From: Thermodesulfobacteriota bacterium
GTDB lineage: Bacteria > Desulfobacterota > Desulfobacteria > Desulfobacterales > SURF-7
Assembly: GCA_049320885.1 (NCBI GenBank)
Contig: JBMORA010000022.1
Coordinates: 73,403 to 137,402, forward strand
Reading direction: 5' to 3'
DNA: 64,000 nt
Numbering within the stretch: position 1 is the first letter of the stretch; each line of letters opens with the position of its first letter. The position numbers and the translations under genes are program-made. Below the pieces are notes generated by a model, which did not search any database, was not told where the DNA came from, and saw only the letters and a program-made list of their open reading frames with translations. Below are positions 60,153 through 64,000 of this stretch, piece after piece.

Positions 60153-60454
60153 AATTGGGTCCTCCCGGCCTGCGCCGCAAGCGCCGCGGCGGACAGGTCT
60201 TCATGCAGGTATCCGGCGTCCATCAGTTCCCGGTTGATCCGCCCGGCTTCGATCTCCTCACGCCGGATGAGGGCCATGAGTCCGGAGAACGCCTCCGCGG
60301 CCTCCGGCTCAATACCGTGCAGTTCCTCGATGCACCGCATGCGGGCGTCGAGATTGGCGAGCAGATCGAGGGTGTGATCCCGCAGGATGCCCTCGCGTTT
60401 TTCCTGTGGTGATGGAATGAACTCGGTCAATCCGCCTTGTCTGCGAACGATCAT
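60149..60454 (-). CDS. Small hypothetical phage protein
   Basis: 101 aa, GGAGG RBS, overlaps the next gene by 4 nt. Confidence 0.7.
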   Translation of the reverse strand: MIVRRQGGLTEFIPSPQEKREGILRDHTLDLLANLDARMRCIEELHGIEPEAAEAFSGLMALIRREEIEAGRINRELMDAGYLHEDLSAAALAAQAGRTQL

Positions 60455-60467
60455 GACATTCCTCCGA

Positions 60468-63400
60468 TCAGCTCAGCGTTGCGCCGAGGGTGTGAATCCT
60501 CGGGTACACGAGGTTATTGCCGGTCATCTCCGCTTTGTAACGGACCTTGGTTCCGCTCGGATCGGTGAACGTCCTGGTGAGCGTGTATTCGGTCCATTCC
60601 TGGTCGATCTCCCGCGTCGTCTGGATGGACATCGGTTCCCAGGTTGACCCGCCATCGTTGGAGGCGAACCAATCGATGGTGGTCCCGCTGGGGATGCTCA
60701 TCTGGGTGTAGACCTTGGTGGAAGAGACACCCTGGGTGAGTTCGTTCTCGCGGTTCAGGTACGCCCCCGTCGTGTTGTTGAGATATCCGATGAGGTTCAC
60801 GTCCTTGTAAATCAACGCCGGAGAGTTGTTGACGGCGTTGCTGGAGAACAGGGCCCGGACAAGCACCTGACTTGCCAGGTTGGGCAGCCGCTCCTCCTCC
60901 GCGGGCACGATGGCGTCCCAGAGGACGCCGCCGTCGGTCGAATACTCCCATGCGATGCCGGTGCCTTCAGGAGCGGATGAATATTCATCCAGGTTCAGAT
61001 CGCTGAACTGCACGCCGGTGATGGGCTGGAAGCGGACCTCGCCTTCGGGCTGGAAGTCGTAGCCGTAGATTCTCATGGTGAGATCGGAACTGTTGAGCGG
61101 CGTCCAGGTTTCGGCGTTCGAGCTTTCCAGCAACACCCCGGCGGTATAGGTCTGCCGGGTGATGACCCCGTTTTGTCCCAGGCGGCCCAGCGTGGCGATG
61201 CGTACGCGGTAGTTGGTGCTGTTGGTCAGCAGCACTACGGCGTAGCTGGTGTTCGCCTCCGCGTAGAAGGGATCGTCGAAGACGACCTTGGTCTCCGAAC
61301 CGAGGGCGATCTCGCTCGGGGCGATGACCTTCTCGGCCAGGATGACCTCGTTGGGAAGCCCGGTCGTGACGCCGCGGATCTGAATGGTTACGGGAATGGA
61401 AGCGTCTTTTTGCGTGAAGTGAAGCCCCACGGCGGAGATGACCCGGTTCTGCTCGAAGCTGAAGGTCTGCGCGAGCGGGTCCCGGCGACGGGTCACCCAA
61501 CGCCAGCGCCATACGGTTCGCACCACGGGGACGCGAATAATGCGCGGCGGCACCTGCTGGACGATGGTCTGACGCTGCACGATGGTGCGGTTGACCACGA
61601 CTCTTTCGATGCGTGTGATGACCAAGGGATCGTTGACCTGAAGGTTGGCTTGCGCTGAGTAGGTGCCGTCGGTCATTTCGACCACGCGGTTGCCGTTGCG
61701 GACATCGTCGGGAATGACGAAGGAAGCGATGACTCTGCCTACCGCGTCGCCGCTGAGACCCGAAGCCACCACTTTCCCGTCGCAACGCACCGTCACACCG
61801 GTCGCGCCGGGGGTGAAGTTGGAGCCGACCACAGCCACGCCTGTCTGACCGCGCCGACCGATATTCGGCGTCACCTCCACAGCGGCGTCTGGTTTCTCGA
61901 ACACGGCGTAGGGGTTGATGTTCTTGTCTTCGGACCAATCGATCTGCTCGATGAGCACGCGCTCCGTGCCCGGAAGGAGAGCGAGGCTGTCCTTGAAAAT
62001 GGCGTCGCTCCCGGCGGAGTCAACATCGAGCACTTGCGGCGTGGCCGCTCGGTTCGGGGCGGCGAACTGCCGTACCTCATCGATGCGGGCGCTCCACTCG
62101 CTGTGGTAGATGTCGGACTGGGCGTCGTTCGAGAAGTCATCGGAATAGACGCCTTTCTTGGTCTGGGCGTCCCGGTTCTGCAGTTCGTTGTTCATCTGGA
62201 ACTGAGCGTCGTTGTACTTCAGGTCCTCCACGTCCTTGATGATCTCGTGGATCTGGTCCATGGTGATGCGTGTCAGCCCGAAATTGAAGACCGTCAAGTC
62301 AACCGAGTTCGGTGGACAATCGACGCTGCACAGTCCGAGCGTACCTTCCGGAACGATGGGCAGCTTCGGCCAGTCGGCCGGAGCGCCTTCCAGCCGTTTG
62401 ATCTCGCGGGTGGTGGCGTAAATGATGTCCTTACGTCCGATGTAGTAGTCGTAGTCGATACTGCAGTTGGAGCCGCCCACCGGCTCGTCGCCGATGCTGG
62501 TGCGGCCGAAGTTGATGATGGAGAGATTGCCGGGTTCGACCTGTACCGCGGACATGGTCAGGCCGCTCGTGTTAGAAGCGGGCGGGTTGCCGCCCATGAT
62601 CTCGTCGACGCCGTCGTCGGTGTATGACGTAACCCCGGCGGCCACGTCCTTGAGCCGCTGGAAGTCCGCGCGGACCGTATTTTGCGTGCCGCGATAGATG
62701 CGGTAACCGGTCGCGCCGCTGACAGGCAGCCAGGAGAGGCGGTTGATTTCCCCGGTCAGGGTGTCGCGGGACACGACCTTGGCCGAGTCGTACTGAGTCT
62801 CGCCGGTGGCGCTCTGAACGGTGACCAGGTAGAAATATTCGTCCGCCGCCGGGTGTCCCGAGCGTCCGAACCAGCCTCCGTCCACATAGTCCGTCCCTTC
62901 GATCATCTGTTTTGTGTAGGTCCAGCGGACGGTGTAGGTCGTGCCGATGGCGGGTTCGTTGCCCGAACCCAGCCAGTCCACGTAGTTGCCGGACTGCTGC
63001 CAGTCCGCTCCTTCCTGGAAGACCGTCGCGCCCTGGCTCACCTCGAGGATGTCCACAACCGGGTTGGGGACGAGCAGGTCCTCCCCGCCGCCGACGGAGC
63101 CGCGCGTGATGTTGGAGACGATCTCGACAATGGCTTCGACCTGAGTGGTTTCCTTGAGCGGCGTGTTGTTGAGGGCATAGCGCCGGGTGCCGATCACGTA
63201 AGTTTTCTGCTCGCCGCGGACCGACTTGACCGCCGTGGACTTGGGCACCAAGGTGGTTGTGGGCAGGTCCTTCTGCAGGCGGAACCCTTGGATGTAGGCG
63301 CGGCCCGCGTTGGTGATCACCTCGACGTTCTCGCCGTCGTTGTCGCCGATGAAGCTGTCGAGCCCCTTGACCAGATAACTTCCGGCCTGGTCGTAGGTGC

Positions 63401-63998
63401 GCTCGGCCAGATTCTGAAGAAGCGAGTTCAGCCCCTCGGCGGCGGCGAAGGCAAGTTGATCCTCTGTGATCGATGCGACCGTGATCCGACTTCCGGGCAG
63501 CGTCCCGAGAAGGTCCTGCAGGTAGAGGTTCGATTTCTCGCGGACAGTGGCTGTCACATCGCCGGTCTCACGGTCGAACTTGTGGAGGGCGACCACCTTG
63601 CGCTGGGTCACGTTGTTGGGCAGCGCCTCGCCGCTCGTGTCGTGATCCTTGAGCGATAGAATCCACTTTTCCCGCTCGGCGGTGGGTTCGCCCGTCGCGG
63701 GGTTGATGAGCACGGCGTCCTGGTTGTAGCCGTAGTTGTACTTGAGCAGTTCGACATAGACGTAATCCGCGCCGCTCGTCTTGGCCGGGTCGTAGGTGAG
63801 CACCGCGCCGGGCACGCGCTCCAGACAGCCGTCGATGTAGACCAATCCCTCGGCTACGGTGAGCACATTGGCGGCGACCGTCACGCCGAAGCCGCTTACG
63901 ATGGCCCCCTCCTTGAAGAGGATGTCCGCGAGCTTCCTGCGCTCCTGGTTGATGATGTCCTGCTGCTCGTTGAGCTCCGAGTCGAGCAGGTCCCGGTC
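60468..63998 (-). CDS. DUF4815-type large virion structural/tail protein (5' end outside window)
   Basis: Frame stays open beyond 63884 (DRDLLDSELNEQQDIINQERRKLADILFKEGAIVSG). It has LAERTYDQAGSY, GRAYIQG, INPYAVF, DPLAQTF, GVLLESSNAETWT, and an FN3-like segment. Confidence 0.8.
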   Translation of the reverse strand, partial: DRDLLDSELNEQQDIINQERRKLADILFKEGAIVSGFGVTVAANVLTVAEGLVYIDGCLERVPGAVLTYDPAKTSGADYVYVELLKYNYGYNQDAVLINPATGEPTAEREKWILSLKDHDTSGEALPNNVTQRKVVALHKFDRETGDVTATVREKSNLYLQDLLGTLPGSRITVASITEDQLAFAAAEGLNSLLQNLAERTYDQAGSYLVKGLDSFIGDNDGENVEVITNAGRAYIQGFRLQKDLPTTTLVPKSTAVKSVRGEQKTYVIGTRRYALNNTPLKETTQVEAIVEIVSNITRGSVGGGEDLLVPNPVVDILEVSQGATVFQEGADWQQSGNYVDWLGSGNEPAIGTTYTVRWTYTKQMIEGTDYVDGGWFGRSGHPAADEYFYLVTVQSATGETQYDSAKVVSRDTLTGEINRLSWLPVSGATGYRIYRGTQNTVRADFQRLKDVAAGVTSYTDDGVDEIMGGNPPASNTSGLTMSAVQVEPGNLSIINFGRTSIGDEPVGGSNCSIDYDYYIGRKDIIYATTREIKRLEGAPADWPKLPIVPEGTLGLCSVDCPPNSVDLTVFNFGLTRITMDQIHEIIKDVEDLKYNDAQFQMNNELQNRDAQTKKGVYSDDFSNDAQSDIYHSEWSARIDEVRQFAAPNRAATPQVLDVDSAGSDAIFKDSLALLPGTERVLIEQIDWSEDKNINPYAVFEKPDAAVEVTPNIGRRGQTGVAVVGSNFTPGATGVTVRCDGKVVASGLSGDAVGRVIASFVIPDDVRNGNRVVEMTDGTYSAQANLQVNDPLVITRIERVVVNRTIVQRQTIVQQVPPRIIRVPVVRTVWRWRWVTRRRDPLAQTFSFEQNRVISAVGLHFTQKDASIPVTIQIRGVTTGLPNEVILAEKVIAPSEIALGSETKVVFDDPFYAEANTSYAVVLLTNSTNYRVRIATLGRLGQNGVITRQTYTAGVLLESSNAETWTPLNSSDLTMRIYGYDFQPEGEVRFQPITGVQFSDLNLDEYSSAPEGTGIAWEYSTDGGVLWDAIVPAEEERLPNLASQVLVRALFSSNAVNNSPALIYKDVNLIGYLNNTTGAYLNRENELTQGVSSTKVYTQMSIPSGTTIDWFASNDGGSTWEPMSIQTTREIDQEWTEYTLTRTFTDPSGTKVRYKAEMTGNNLVYPRIHTLGATLS

Positions 63999-64000
63999 CT

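Overview
This GC-rich window looks like a Desulfobacterales-type deltaproteobacterium (inferred from gene content and order). (1) 1-18.8 kb is core genome: the dcw cluster (ftsI 3' end, murE, murF, mraY, murD, ftsW, murG, murC, murB, ftsQ, ftsA, ftsZ; no ddl), then a radical SAM gene, hisD and serC. (2) 18.9-30.4 kb is a patchwork accessory stretch: WG-repeat lipoprotein, DUF368, methyltransferase, a probable sigma28-dependent Ca-binding-repeat protein, a Ser-type sulfatase with its anaerobic maturase, deletion scars, an orphan PemK, htpX and vapBC. It ends at an att-like relic (tRNA 3'-end 10-mer plus terminator) at about 30.45 kb. (3) 30.5-64 kb looks like one end of an integrated phage-like element, almost all on the minus strand. 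In transcription order it carries a DUF4815-type virion gene, a tail-linked beta-propeller, an amidoligase/DUF5049/GATase/GGCT module interrupted by an inverted-repeat-flanked four-helix-bundle cassette, an HTH-led type I R-M operon whose HsdS has an extra ~205-aa Panacea/DarG-C-like domain, and an XRE gene. A ~14 kb co-oriented cargo block follows, headed by a hydrolase-dead, C-terminally truncated RelA-like synthetase and continuing through GT4/GH130/PMM/split-ManC mannoside genes, two Hsp20 genes and groES-groEL. The best candidates for undescribed systems are this alarmone-mannoside-chaperone block, the HsdS fusion and the heptamer-repeat cassette. All family calls come from motif recognition by eye; no searches were run. 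No rRNA, complete tRNA, CRISPR array or integrase was seen.
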